NCBI GenBank assembly: GCA_045593485.1
Contig: JAZNWS010000068.1
Coordinates: forward strand, 1 to 36,534
DNA: 36,534 bases
Source of the DNA: Eubacteriales bacterium
GTDB taxonomy: Bacteria > Bacillota > Clostridia > Oscillospirales > CAG-272
Direction of reading: 5' to 3'
Shown in pieces: positions 1 through 8,539 of the stretch. A program made the translations under genes and the position numbers. The notes beneath the pieces are model-generated. The model saw only the letters and a list, made by a program, of their open reading frames with translations, was not told where the DNA came from and made no database searches. How positions within the stretch are numbered: position 1 is the first letter of the stretch; each line of letters opens with the position of its first letter.

Positions 1-70
1 GTAAATTATTTTGAGCCCCGACATATATTTGTTATGAGCCCAAACCCATACAAGAAAGGAAACAGTTATC

Positions 71-1414
71 ATGTCCCAGTATGTAGAAAGAGTGTTGGCG
101 GACCTTATATCCAACAACCCAAATGAACTCGAATTTCATCAGGCGGCAACAGAGATCCTCAAATCCCTTGCCCCTGTATTTGATAAGCATCCCGAGTACG
201 AGAGAGAAGGACTTCTTGAAAGATTTGTTGAGCCCGAGAGAATCATTATGTTCCGAGTTCCGTGGGTGGACGATAACGGCAACGTACGCGTTAACCGCGG
301 ATACCGTGTACAGTTCAGCAGTGCGATTGGTCCTTACAAGGGAGGATTCCGTTTTCATCCTTCTGTAAACCTTTCTATACTTAAGTTCCTTGGCTTTGAG
401 CAGATACTCAAAAATAGCCTGACAGGTCTTCCCATCGGCGGCGGCAAGGGAGGCTCTGACTTTGACCCCCGCGGCAAGTCCGACGGAGAGATTATGAGAT
501 TCTGTCAGTCCTTTATGAGCGAGATTTTCCGCCACATTGGCCCTGACGTTGACGTTCCCGCAGGCGATATTGGTGTTGGTGCGAGAGAGATAGGCTATCT
601 CTTTGGTCAGTACAAGAGACTTCGCGGCGCGTTTGAAAATGGCGTGCTTACAGGCAAGGGCCTGTCATATGGCGGTTCTCTTATTCGCCCCGAGGCAACG
701 GGATACGGTGCGGTTTACTTCACACAGCGTATTCTTGAGCGCAAGGCTGATAGTATAGAGGGAAAGAGAGTAGCTATTTCTGGCTACGGCAATGCTGCAT
801 GGGGTGCGGCAAAGAAATTGACCGAGCTTGGCGCAAAGGTTATTACTGTTTCTGGCTCTAAGGGATACGTATATATAGAAAACGGCGCAGATAAAGAAAT
901 GATCGACTATATGCTCACGATTCGTTCATCTCGTGATCTGGGCATTGAGGACTTTGCGGAGAAGTTCGGGCTTCCTTTCTATGCGGATGAGAAGCCTTGG
1001 GGAGTTAAGGCAGACATATGTATGCCTTGCGCAACTCAGAATGAGGTCGGTATGAAGGAAGCGGAGCAGATTCTTGCTAACGGTGTAATGTACTACGTTG
1101 AGGTTGCAAATATGCCTACGTCCAACGAGGCAGTTAAGTTCCTTCAGGACAACGGCGTGATAGTTGCTCCGTCGAAGGCCGTTAACGCGGGCGGCGTTGC
1201 GGTTTCCGCGCTTGAAATGGCGCAGAACAGCCAGAGACTTGCTTGGTCTGCCGAGGAGGTTGACGCAAAGCTCAAGAATATTATGATAAACATTCACGAC
1301 TCGGCTGCAAAGACGGCAGAGGAGTATGGCTACGGCTACGATCTTGTTAAGGGCGCGAATATCGCGGGCTTTAAGAAGGTAGCGGAGGCTATGATGGCGC
1401 AAGGTATAGTGTGA
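71..1414 (+). CDS. gdhA: NADP-specific glutamate dehydrogenase
   Basis: 447-aa ORF. Glu/Leu/Phe/Val dehydrogenase motif PIGGGKGGSDFDP and dinucleotide fold ISGYGNAAWG. AAAGGAAA lies upstream of the ATG. Confidence 0.95.
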   Translation: MSQYVERVLADLISNNPNELEFHQAATEILKSLAPVFDKHPEYEREGLLERFVEPERIIMFRVPWVDDNGNVRVNRGYRVQFSSAIGPYKGGFRFHPSVNLSILKFLGFEQILKNSLTGLPIGGGKGGSDFDPRGKSDGEIMRFCQSFMSEIFRHIGPDVDVPAGDIGVGAREIGYLFGQYKRLRGAFENGVLTGKGLSYGGSLIRPEATGYGAVYFTQRILERKADSIEGKRVAISGYGNAAWGAAKKLTELGAKVITVSGSKGYVYIENGADKEMIDYMLTIRSSRDLGIEDFAEKFGLPFYADEKPWGVKADICMPCATQNEVGMKEAEQILANGVMYYVEVANMPTSNEAVKFLQDNGVIVAPSKAVNAGGVAVSALEMAQNSQRLAWSAEEVDAKLKNIMINIHDSAAKTAEEYGYGYDLVKGANIAGFKKVAEAMMAQGIV

Positions 1415-1428
1415 TTAAAAGTTTTTAA

Positions 1429-1456
1429 TACTTTCTGTCAATAGCGACAGAAAGTA
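1429..1456 (+). other. 11-bp stem-loop just after the gdhA stop, with no T-tract
   Basis: TACTTTCTGTC-AATAGC-GACAGAAAGTA read directly. It is followed by TCCAAAG, so it is not a canonical intrinsic terminator. Confidence 0.5.
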
Positions 1457-1850
1457 TCCAAAGAACGCCACAAAGGGCGGGAGGTTGCGATTCCTCCGTG
1501 ATATTTGCTTTGCAAATTCGCGCTGAAGCGAAGCGAAAGCAACCCTTATTGAAACCCACCCACACAAACGCTTGTTTATCGGTCGTTTGTTTTGGTTGAG
1601 CCATATGATATTTTTTGTTTGAGATATACCTAACTTTTTCGTCCTCTTCGGTGAGGTAATCGGAGATGATAAAAATAGCCTTCCCCAAGATAGGGGAAGG
1701 GGGACCACGCAGTGGTGGATGAGGATGTACCCGTTCTGATTATTTTGTGTCTGTCAGATTATTTTGTCGTAGGGGGAGTGCCTTGGTGCTCCCGAAACTG
1801 TCGGTTATTGATTACAAACTTGTGTTAATTATCAATATCAAAAAACAACA

Positions 1851-1879
1851 AAAAGTCCGCCGAGGTCGGCGGACTTTTT
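1851..1879. terminator. Bidirectional intrinsic terminator, serving the SDR gene on the minus strand
   Basis: AAAA-GTCCGCCG-AGGT-CGGCGGAC-TTTTT. The 8-bp GC stem is flanked by an A-run and a T-run and abuts the SDR stop at 1881. Confidence 0.85.
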
Positions 1880-1880
1880 G

Positions 1881-2645
1881 TTATATATCCTTTTGCTGCT
1901 GTATACACCAGATATTCATCACGAGCTTATGGGGCAAGAGCTTTGATGCGAGCATGTTTGCCTTGGTGACGAGTCCGTGGGCGGAGATGTCCTTTCCGCA
2001 CTTCATATCTCTGATTGCAGATTTTGCTACAGCGGCGGGAGTATAGAATTTATCGTAGTAAACGAGGGTGTCGTCGCTTACCGCACGGTCAAGGAAATTT
2101 GTTTTCGTCCAACCCGGGCAGACTGCTATAACCTTAATTCCCTTGCTTTTAAGCTCCTTGTTGAGCGCGCGTGAGAAGGAAAGCACGAACGCCTTGGATG
2201 CGCCGTATGTTGACATATACGGAACGGGCTGGAATGCCGCCTTTGATGCGAACTCATACACCTTACTGCCTTGCTTCATATAGGGAATACAGATATGGGT
2301 GACCGCCATAAGAGCCTTGCAGTTGAGGTCTATCATATTCATTTGCGCCTCAAGGGGAATGGAACGGAAGCTCCCCGCCTTGCCAAAGCCTGCGGCGTTG
2401 ACGAGGGAGACTATCTCGGGGTCTTGATTTTGCAGAAGTCTTTTAAGCTCATATATGCTTGAATTTTGCGAAAGATCGGATTCTATTATTCTTGCTTTTG
2501 TATGGAGCTGCTGAGCAGTTTCCTCAAGCTTATCTGCCTTTCGGGACACAAGCCATATCTCATCGCAAATTTCGGTTTTGTCCAGAAGGAGCGCCATTTG
2601 CTTGCCAATACCTGACGATGCGCCCGTGATTATAGATATTCTCAT
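1881..2645 (-). CDS. Short-chain dehydrogenase/reductase (SDR) family oxidoreductase
   Basis: 254 aa. TGASSGIG cofactor motif at the N-terminus and catalytic YGASK (STYGASKAF). GAGAGG SD upstream. Confidence 0.85.
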   Translation of the reverse strand: MRISIITGASSGIGKQMALLLDKTEICDEIWLVSRKADKLEETAQQLHTKARIIESDLSQNSSIYELKRLLQNQDPEIVSLVNAAGFGKAGSFRSIPLEAQMNMIDLNCKALMAVTHICIPYMKQGSKVYEFASKAAFQPVPYMSTYGASKAFVLSFSRALNKELKSKGIKVIAVCPGWTKTNFLDRAVSDDTLVYYDKFYTPAAVAKSAIRDMKCGKDISAHGLVTKANMLASKLLPHKLVMNIWCIQQQKDI

Positions 2646-2663
2646 ATATACCTCTCAAAATTA

Positions 2664-3806
2664 TTATTTTACAGCGTAAAGATTTATGTCCCACGCGGGA
2701 ATATACGTCATTCTTCTTAAATAGAGTTTGTAATTTGGATTAAGTTTATGCACGAGAAGGATAAGCTCGAACAGGTCCTCACTTCTGTGATAAAGCGAGA
2801 CGAGGAGTGCAGGAGAGAATTTTTCAATGGTTTTTTGCGAGCCTATGAGCGCCTCGCGCTCCGATCCCTCGACGTCGTATTTTATATAGTCAACACTTTT
2901 GCCGTTAAGGATATTATCAAGAGAGTTGACCTTTATTTCAGTGATTTTTTTGTTTCGTGAGTTTATCGCTTCCGAAAAGTCGGAAGAATTTTGCAAAAGC
3001 CCCGCGTTTCGGTTGCCGCTCTTGTCAAAATATAAGGTATCCTCGCCGCTCCACGCGCCGATATTGTATGTAATAAGCTCAAAGCTTGGGTTTTCAAGAG
3101 GGGCGTAGTATTCGTTGAGCTTGCGGTAATTTCGCGTGTCGGGCTCGAGAGCGTGTACTGTTTTGAGCTTTGGAGAATGGGGCAAAAGTGAGCGGATAGT
3201 GTCGCCGTTGTATGCTCCAAGGTCTGCATATACCTCAAAATTTTCCGCGTGCAAAATATCCTCAAACGCTTCAGCGGGGTCAGACTCACAACGGCGGAGA
3301 TGAGAAATATCCCCCGATAATTTATATGCTATAATTTCTCTGAATATTCGCGCTGATTCCTCATCGGCAAGCATAGACTCCGCTTCTATGAATTTTTCTT
3401 GGTTCTCAGTGAAAAACTCTTTTGTGAAAAGAGTATTTCCAAAAACTGGCACGTCGGGGGCGTAAAGCTCGCACTCGGAGGCTATTTTGTATATGTTTTC
3501 AAGTACGTTTGGCAGGGACGATGCGAACGAGAGCAGAACTATTATGTTTTCCGCGCCGTATTTTGCCTTGACGTCGCTATACGACAGCACGGTCTTGCCG
3601 TGAAAGCTGTGTCCGCGCACAAAGCCGTCGCTCGCAAAAAAGTCCTTTATCTCAATGCCGTAATTCTGGCAAACCGACAGTATCTTATCCGCGCCGTTGC
3701 CCATGCCGTACATAACTATATGCTTGGTCGTCTTGGATAAATAAGACCACAGATCGGTGAAATTTTTGTGAGAGGTGAATATGTTTTCTGTTGACAATTT
3801 GTTCAT
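2664..3806 (-). CDS. FkbM-family methyltransferase with an N-terminal Rossmann-like domain
   Basis: 380 aa. SAM-binding-like DLGAYNGDT and FkbM-type IKYDVEGSEREAL in the C-terminal half. The stop lies 18 nt before the SDR start. Confidence 0.8.
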   Translation of the reverse strand: MNKLSTENIFTSHKNFTDLWSYLSKTTKHIVMYGMGNGADKILSVCQNYGIEIKDFFASDGFVRGHSFHGKTVLSYSDVKAKYGAENIIVLLSFASSLPNVLENIYKIASECELYAPDVPVFGNTLFTKEFFTENQEKFIEAESMLADEESARIFREIIAYKLSGDISHLRRCESDPAEAFEDILHAENFEVYADLGAYNGDTIRSLLPHSPKLKTVHALEPDTRNYRKLNEYYAPLENPSFELITYNIGAWSGEDTLYFDKSGNRNAGLLQNSSDFSEAINSRNKKITEIKVNSLDNILNGKSVDYIKYDVEGSEREALIGSQKTIEKFSPALLVSLYHRSEDLFELILLVHKLNPNYKLYLRRMTYIPAWDINLYAVK

Positions 3807-3819
3807 TCTATGCTATACT
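3791..3819 (+). promoter_or_regulatory. Sigma-A type promoter for the HIT/nucleotidyltransferase genes
   Basis: TTGACA (3791-3796), 17-nt spacer ending in TGC, then TATACT (3814-3819). The ATG is at 3896. Confidence 0.55.
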
Positions 3820-3846
3820 CTCTTTGAAGTATTATAATTTATATTA

Positions 3847-3875
3847 ATTATAGCATTTGATTTATATTTTGTAAA
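3847..3875 (-). promoter_or_regulatory. Sigma-A type promoter for the FkbM/SDR genes
   Basis: The minus strand reads TTTACA-17 nt (ending TGC)-TATAAT. It is divergent from, and interleaved with, the HIT promoter. Confidence 0.5.
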
Positions 3876-3895
3876 GTATTACGGAGGAAAATAAA

Positions 3896-4234
3896 ATGAA
3901 TTGTCTGTTTTGTAAAATAATTGCGGGAGACATTCCCTCATCAAAGGTATACGAGGACGATAAGGTTTACGCGTTCAAGGACATAAACCCCCAGGCGCCC
4001 GTACACGTGCTTGTCGTGCCCAAGACTCATATTGAGTCGGCAGACTGTGTGAATTCGGACAACTCCGATGATATAAAGGCTGTGTTTGAGGCAATACCCA
4101 AGGTTGCTGCAGTTTGCGGACTTGAGACTGGATACAGAGTTATAACCAATATCGGTGAGGACGGATGTCAGACCGTAAAGCATATACATTTCCATGTTCT
4201 CGGCGGCAAGAAGCTCCCCGAAAATATGGGCTAA
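3896..4234 (+). CDS. HIT (histidine triad) family nucleotide hydrolase/transferase
   Basis: 112 aa. Histidine triad HIHFHVLGG. GGAGGAAA SD upstream. Confidence 0.9.
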   Translation: MNCLFCKIIAGDIPSSKVYEDDKVYAFKDINPQAPVHVLVVPKTHIESADCVNSDNSDDIKAVFEAIPKVAAVCGLETGYRVITNIGEDGCQTVKHIHFHVLGGKKLPENMG

Positions 4235-4259
4235 GAAATACGAAAGGAAGAATAAATAT

Positions 4260-5177
4260 ATGAAAACAACACTTATTATAATGGCTGCGGGTATTGGCTC
4301 GCGCTACGGTGGCGGTATAAAGCAGCTTGCAGAGGTTGGACCTTCGGGCGAGATAATTCTTGATTATTCAATACACGACGCGCTCGAGGCAGGCTTTAAC
4401 GACGTAATTTTCATCATAAGACGCGACATAGAGCAGGATTTCCGTGAGGTCATAGGCAACAGAATGGAGAAAATATGCCCCTGCGCGTACGTTTTCCAGG
4501 ATATACACGACCTGCCCAATCACATGGTTATGCCTGAGGGCAGAACAAAGCCTTGGGGTACGGGTCACGCGGTGCTTGCCTGCAAGGGTACACTTAAAAA
4601 TCCCGGATGTATTATTAACGCCGACGACTATTACGGCAAGGAAGCCTTTGTTAAGATGCACGACTTTATCGTGAATAAGATGGACGTGAACAACACCGAG
4701 TGTCTTGACATCGCCATGCCCGGATTTGTTCTTAAGAACACCCTGAGTGACAACGGAAGCGTGACTCGCGGTGTTTGCAGGGTTGACGGTAACGGACATC
4801 TTACAGACATTGACGAAACCAAGAATATATACAAGGACGGCGAGGGTGCGTACAAGCTTGTTGGCGAGGAGAAGATACCTCTCGATCCCGATTCCGCTGT
4901 TTCAATGAATATGTGGGCTATCACTCCCGAGTTTGTCAACAGACTTGAGGCGGGCTTTACAGAATTTCTTGAGGCGGGCAATCTTGGTGACAAGAAGGCG
5001 GAATATCTGCTTCCCACAACAATCGGAGATATGCTGAAGGCGGGAACTGCAAAGGTGACTGTGCTCAGCACAAACGACAAATGGTTCGGCGTGACCTATG
5101 CCGAGGACAGAGCAACCGTTGCGGCAGAGTTTGACAGACTTGTAAAAGAGGGCGTTTATAAGACTCCGTTGTTCTAA
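4260..5177 (+). CDS. Nucleotidyltransferase family protein (sugar-phosphate NTP-transferase-like)
   Basis: N-terminal glycine-rich NTP-transferase loop LIIMAAGIGSRYGGGIKQL. The start was moved from the track ORF (4194) to the ATG at 4260, which follows AGGAAG and avoids overlapping the HIT gene. Confidence 0.7.
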   Translation: MKTTLIIMAAGIGSRYGGGIKQLAEVGPSGEIILDYSIHDALEAGFNDVIFIIRRDIEQDFREVIGNRMEKICPCAYVFQDIHDLPNHMVMPEGRTKPWGTGHAVLACKGTLKNPGCIINADDYYGKEAFVKMHDFIVNKMDVNNTECLDIAMPGFVLKNTLSDNGSVTRGVCRVDGNGHLTDIDETKNIYKDGEGAYKLVGEEKIPLDPDSAVSMNMWAITPEFVNRLEAGFTEFLEAGNLGDKKAEYLLPTTIGDMLKAGTAKVTVLSTNDKWFGVTYAEDRATVAAEFDRLVKEGVYKTPLF

Positions 5178-5180
5178 TAC

Positions 5181-5209
5181 AAAAAGAGCGTGCTATGCAC
5201 GCTCTTTTT
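5181..5209. terminator. Bidirectional intrinsic terminator between convergent genes
   Basis: AAAA-AGAGCGTGC-TAT-GCACGCTCT-TTTT, between the nucleotidyltransferase stop and the ilvE stop. Confidence 0.85.
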
Positions 5210-5217
5210 GATTGTAA

Positions 5218-6240
5218 TTACATAATCTCGCAGATCCAGCCCTCAGGCGCGGGGATGCTACCCATCTGAATGCCTGTGAGGGTTTCGTAAAGCTTCTTTG
5301 TCTTTTCTCCCATATCGGTCATACCCGAGGGGAAGCGGATCTCTTTTCCGTGGTCAACTATCTTGCCGACAGGCGAGATAACTGCCGCCGTGCCGCAGAG
5401 TCCGCACTCCTCAAAGTCCGAAAGCTCGTTCAGGTATACCTCGCGCTCCTCAACCTCCATACCGAGATATTCCTTTGCAACGTAAAGGAGAGAACGGCGT
5501 GTTATAGAGGGAAGAATGCTTGATGATTTAGGCGTGACGAGGGTGTTGCCCTTGATAAGAATGATGTTCGCGCCACCCGTTTCCTCAAGCTTTGTGCGGG
5601 TCTGGGGGTCGAGGTAGATGTTCTCGTCGTAGCCCTGCTCGTGCGCGTCGACTATATTGTAAAGGCTCATAGCGTAGTTAAGTCCCGCCTTGATGTGACC
5701 CGTTCCGTGAGGCGCGGCTCTGTCAAGGTCGGAGATGCGAACAGTCAGGGGACGCACACCACCCTTGAAATAAGGACCTACGGGGGTTGTAAAGATTCTG
5801 AACTGATACTCTGTAGCGGGCTTTACACCGATAACGGAGTTCGTGCCCATCATAAAGGGGCGGAGATAAAGGGTTGCGCCCGAGCCGTAGGGAGGTACGT
5901 ACGCCGCGTTTGCTGCGACCACCTGCTTTACCGCGTCAATAAACTGCTCTGCGGAAATCGGAGGCATTTTGAGCTGCTTGCAGGATTCTATCATTCTCTC
6001 TGCGTTGAGGTCGGGACGGAAGGCAACTATCTTGCCGTCCTTTGTCGTATATGCCTTAAGTCCCTCAAAGCATGTCTGCGCGTACTGGAATACGCAAGCG
6101 CACTCGTTGAGGGTTATATTTGCCTCGTCGACAATCGCGCCGTTATCCCACTTGCCGTCGCGGTAGTATGAAACGTATCTTTTATCGGTTTGGATATATC
6201 CAAAGCCAATGCTGTCCCATTGAATGTTTTTCTTTTCCAT
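5218..6240 (-). CDS. ilvE: Branched-chain amino acid aminotransferase
   Basis: 340 aa. Class IV aminotransferase features (CFEGLKAY, GTAAVISPVG) and a length typical of BCAT. Confidence 0.9.
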   Translation of the reverse strand: MEKKNIQWDSIGFGYIQTDKRYVSYYRDGKWDNGAIVDEANITLNECACVFQYAQTCFEGLKAYTTKDGKIVAFRPDLNAERMIESCKQLKMPPISAEQFIDAVKQVVAANAAYVPPYGSGATLYLRPFMMGTNSVIGVKPATEYQFRIFTTPVGPYFKGGVRPLTVRISDLDRAAPHGTGHIKAGLNYAMSLYNIVDAHEQGYDENIYLDPQTRTKLEETGGANIILIKGNTLVTPKSSSILPSITRRSLLYVAKEYLGMEVEEREVYLNELSDFEECGLCGTAAVISPVGKIVDHGKEIRFPSGMTDMGEKTKKLYETLTGIQMGSIPAPEGWICEIM

Positions 6241-6303
6241 AATATGACTCCATAAAGATTGTAAATTCTGTCGCGTAAGGCAGTAATTTAATTGAATAAA
6301 GTA

Positions 6304-6332
6304 ATTATATCACAGAAATTTTTATCTTTCAA
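6304..6332 (-). promoter_or_regulatory. Sigma-A type promoter for ilvE
   Basis: The minus strand reads TTGAAA-17 nt-TATAAT (plus strand TTTCAA at 6327-6332, ATTATA at 6304-6309). Confidence 0.55.
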
Positions 6333-6352
6333 TACAAAATTTCAAATTTTTC

Positions 6353-6381
6353 TTGAAAGAAAAGAGGATTTGTATTATAAT
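6353..6381 (+). promoter_or_regulatory. Sigma-A type promoter for alaX-L
   Basis: TTGAAA (6353-6358)-17 nt-TATAAT (6376-6381). A GGCGGG/CCCGCC hairpin lies in the short leader. Confidence 0.55.
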
Positions 6382-6433
6382 TATAGCATAGTAGGCGGGG
6401 CTTGCTCCCGCCGAGAAATTGGAGTGACCTTTA

Positions 6434-7591
6434 ATGAATATTAAAAGAACGCAAAGATTATTTGACGAGGACTCAAAGGCATATAAATTTTCAGCGGTAG
6501 TGTTGTCCTGTGAGGAACAGGACGGCAAATACACCGTCGCGCTTGACGGCACGCTGTTCTTTCCCGAGGAGGGCGGACAGACGTCGGACACGGGTACACT
6601 TGACGGTGCCGCGGTGAGCTACGTATATGAAAAGCAGGGAATAATTTATCACGAATGCAACAAGCCGCTTGTTGCAGGCGACGAGGTTGAGGGCGAGATA
6701 GTCTACGGCGAAAGATTCCGCAAGATGCAGAACCACACGGGAGAGCATATAATCTCGGGCATAGTTCATAAGCTCTACGGCTACGACAACGTGGGATTTC
6801 ATCTCAACTCGGAGTATATGACAATAGATTTCAACGGCGAGCTGACACGCGAGCAGCTTGACGAGATTGAGCTTTTAGCTAACGGAATAGTTGTCAGCTG
6901 TCTGCCAATCAAGGCGTATTACCCCGAGCAGAGTGAGCTTGAGGGGCTTAATTATCGCTCAAAGCTTGAGCTGACCGAAAACGTGCGAATAGTACAGATA
7001 GGCGACGTTGATATGTGCGCGTGCTGCGCGCCGCACGTAGAAAACACGGGCGAGGTCGGAATTATAAAAATCCTTGATTTTATGCGCTATAAGGGCGGTG
7101 TGAGACTGAACGCGCTCTGCGGTCTTGACGCGCTTGAGGACTATGGAAAAAGATACAGTCAGATATACGCAATCTCAACTAAAATTTCCGCAAAGCAGGA
7201 CGAGGTCACACAGGGTGTTGACAGACTGATAGCGGAAATAGAAACACAAAAGGTCAAAATTTCCGCATTGAAGCGCGAGCTTCAGGCTTATAAGCTTGCG
7301 GAGCTTGCCGAGACCGACGGAAACCTTTGTATTTTCGATGACGGCGATGAAATGACGTCAATGCGGCATTTTGCCAACGAAGCAGTCAAAAAGTGTGGCG
7401 GAGTCTGCGGAGTCTTCTGCGGAAATGACGAGGACGGATACAAGTATATCATAATGAGCCGCAAAATTGACCTCAAGCCTCTCGCAAAAGAAATAAATAC
7501 CGCCCTCGACGGTCGCGGCGGCGGTTCGTCAGAAATGCTCACGGGCAGCTGCAAGGCAAAAAGGGAAAAAATAGAGGGGTATTTTCGATAA
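6434..7591 (+). CDS. Alanyl-tRNA editing protein AlaX-L (Thr/Ala-tRNA synthetase SAD domain plus a DHHA1-like C-terminus)
   Basis: 385 aa. Zinc motifs HTGEHI (HxxxH) and CCAPHV (CxxxH). C-terminal GRGGGSSEM is typical of DHHA1. Confidence 0.8.
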   Translation: MNIKRTQRLFDEDSKAYKFSAVVLSCEEQDGKYTVALDGTLFFPEEGGQTSDTGTLDGAAVSYVYEKQGIIYHECNKPLVAGDEVEGEIVYGERFRKMQNHTGEHIISGIVHKLYGYDNVGFHLNSEYMTIDFNGELTREQLDEIELLANGIVVSCLPIKAYYPEQSELEGLNYRSKLELTENVRIVQIGDVDMCACCAPHVENTGEVGIIKILDFMRYKGGVRLNALCGLDALEDYGKRYSQIYAISTKISAKQDEVTQGVDRLIAEIETQKVKISALKRELQAYKLAELAETDGNLCIFDDGDEMTSMRHFANEAVKKCGGVCGVFCGNDEDGYKYIIMSRKIDLKPLAKEINTALDGRGGGSSEMLTGSCKAKREKIEGYFR

Positions 7592-7734
7592 AAAACAGGC
7601 GCGCGTTGCGAGACGGAGGGAACCTTGGCACGCGCAACATTAGTGGTGTGGGCTTTGCCCGAAGCCTTTGTAATACAAAGGCGAAGCTGACGATAAACAG
7701 AACGACAAATAAGAATTTAGCGAGGTGCTAATTT

Positions 7735-8397
7735 ATGAATAAAGAATGGGCAGAAATGAATAAGACCTTACAGTTACAAATTAAGAGAAAAGACACTTTT
7801 GCAAAGGGTATAGATACATTATTAGAACTTCGCAGAAGCCTAATGGAACAAATTATGCAGTTTAGGAATGAACTGTCGGATGCTGATTTTTGTGCTATGC
7901 CTTATATGAACGTAAAAGGTTATCATAACAAAACGATTGCGTATTCCTTGTGGCATATTTTTCGTATAGAGGATATTGTAGCACATTCGCTTATTGCAAA
8001 TGATGAACAAATTTTGTTTAAGGGAGATTATCAAAGTCGCATAAAATCCCCGATTATAACAACTGCAAATGAACTTGTAAAAGAAGAAATTGGAGAGTTT
8101 TCTAAGAAACTGTCTATTGAAGAACTGTATAATTATATTGGTGATGTTGATAAATCAACAACACAGATTTTAAAGACACTTACATATAGTGATATGAAGG
8201 AAAGAATATCAGATGAAAGAAGAAAACAGTTGGAAAAATTAAATGTAGTAAGTGTAGATGAAAATGCCTATTGGTTAATTGATTATTGGTGTGGAAAAGA
8301 TGTAAAAGGATTGATTCAGATGCCATTTTCAAGACATTGGATTATGCATATTGAGGCATGTTTGAAGATAAGAGATAAACAGTTATCTATTAAGTAA
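7735..8397 (+). CDS. Hypothetical protein, possibly DinB-like helical bundle
   Basis: 220-aa ORF with GAGGTG SD and a strong downstream terminator. His-containing helices (SLWHIFRIED, SRHWIMHIE) suggest a DinB-type fold, but this is a weak call. The gene is markedly AT-rich compared with its neighbours. Confidence 0.6.
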   Translation: MNKEWAEMNKTLQLQIKRKDTFAKGIDTLLELRRSLMEQIMQFRNELSDADFCAMPYMNVKGYHNKTIAYSLWHIFRIEDIVAHSLIANDEQILFKGDYQSRIKSPIITTANELVKEEIGEFSKKLSIEELYNYIGDVDKSTTQILKTLTYSDMKERISDERRKQLEKLNVVSVDENAYWLIDYWCGKDVKGLIQMPFSRHWIMHIEACLKIRDKQLSIK

Positions 8398-8420
8398 ATT
8401 CCAATTTATCGAATAGAAAG

Positions 8421-8459
8421 CGCCGACAGATCGTAAAAATCTGTCGGCGTTAATTATTT
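8421..8459. terminator. Intrinsic terminator after the AT-rich gene, at the convergent end of potD
   Basis: CGCCGACAGAT-CGTAAAA-ATCTGTCGGCG, an 11-bp stem followed by TTAATTATTT. Confidence 0.75.
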
Positions 8460-8539
8460 GTTTACCATGGAGCATTTTGGCCATCCAATCAAGCTATCTA
8501 GTAATTTCTCCGCTAAGTTTACATATATTTATGCGTGCG

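Noticed and set aside
1480-1600. Possible repeat family shared between the gdhA/SDR spacer and the 7592-7734 spacer: common GTGTGGG, CGATAAACA and short TTTG..CAAA palindromes.
   Set aside because: The shared words are short and are not colinear in either orientation. I cannot support a true repeat without a computed alignment.
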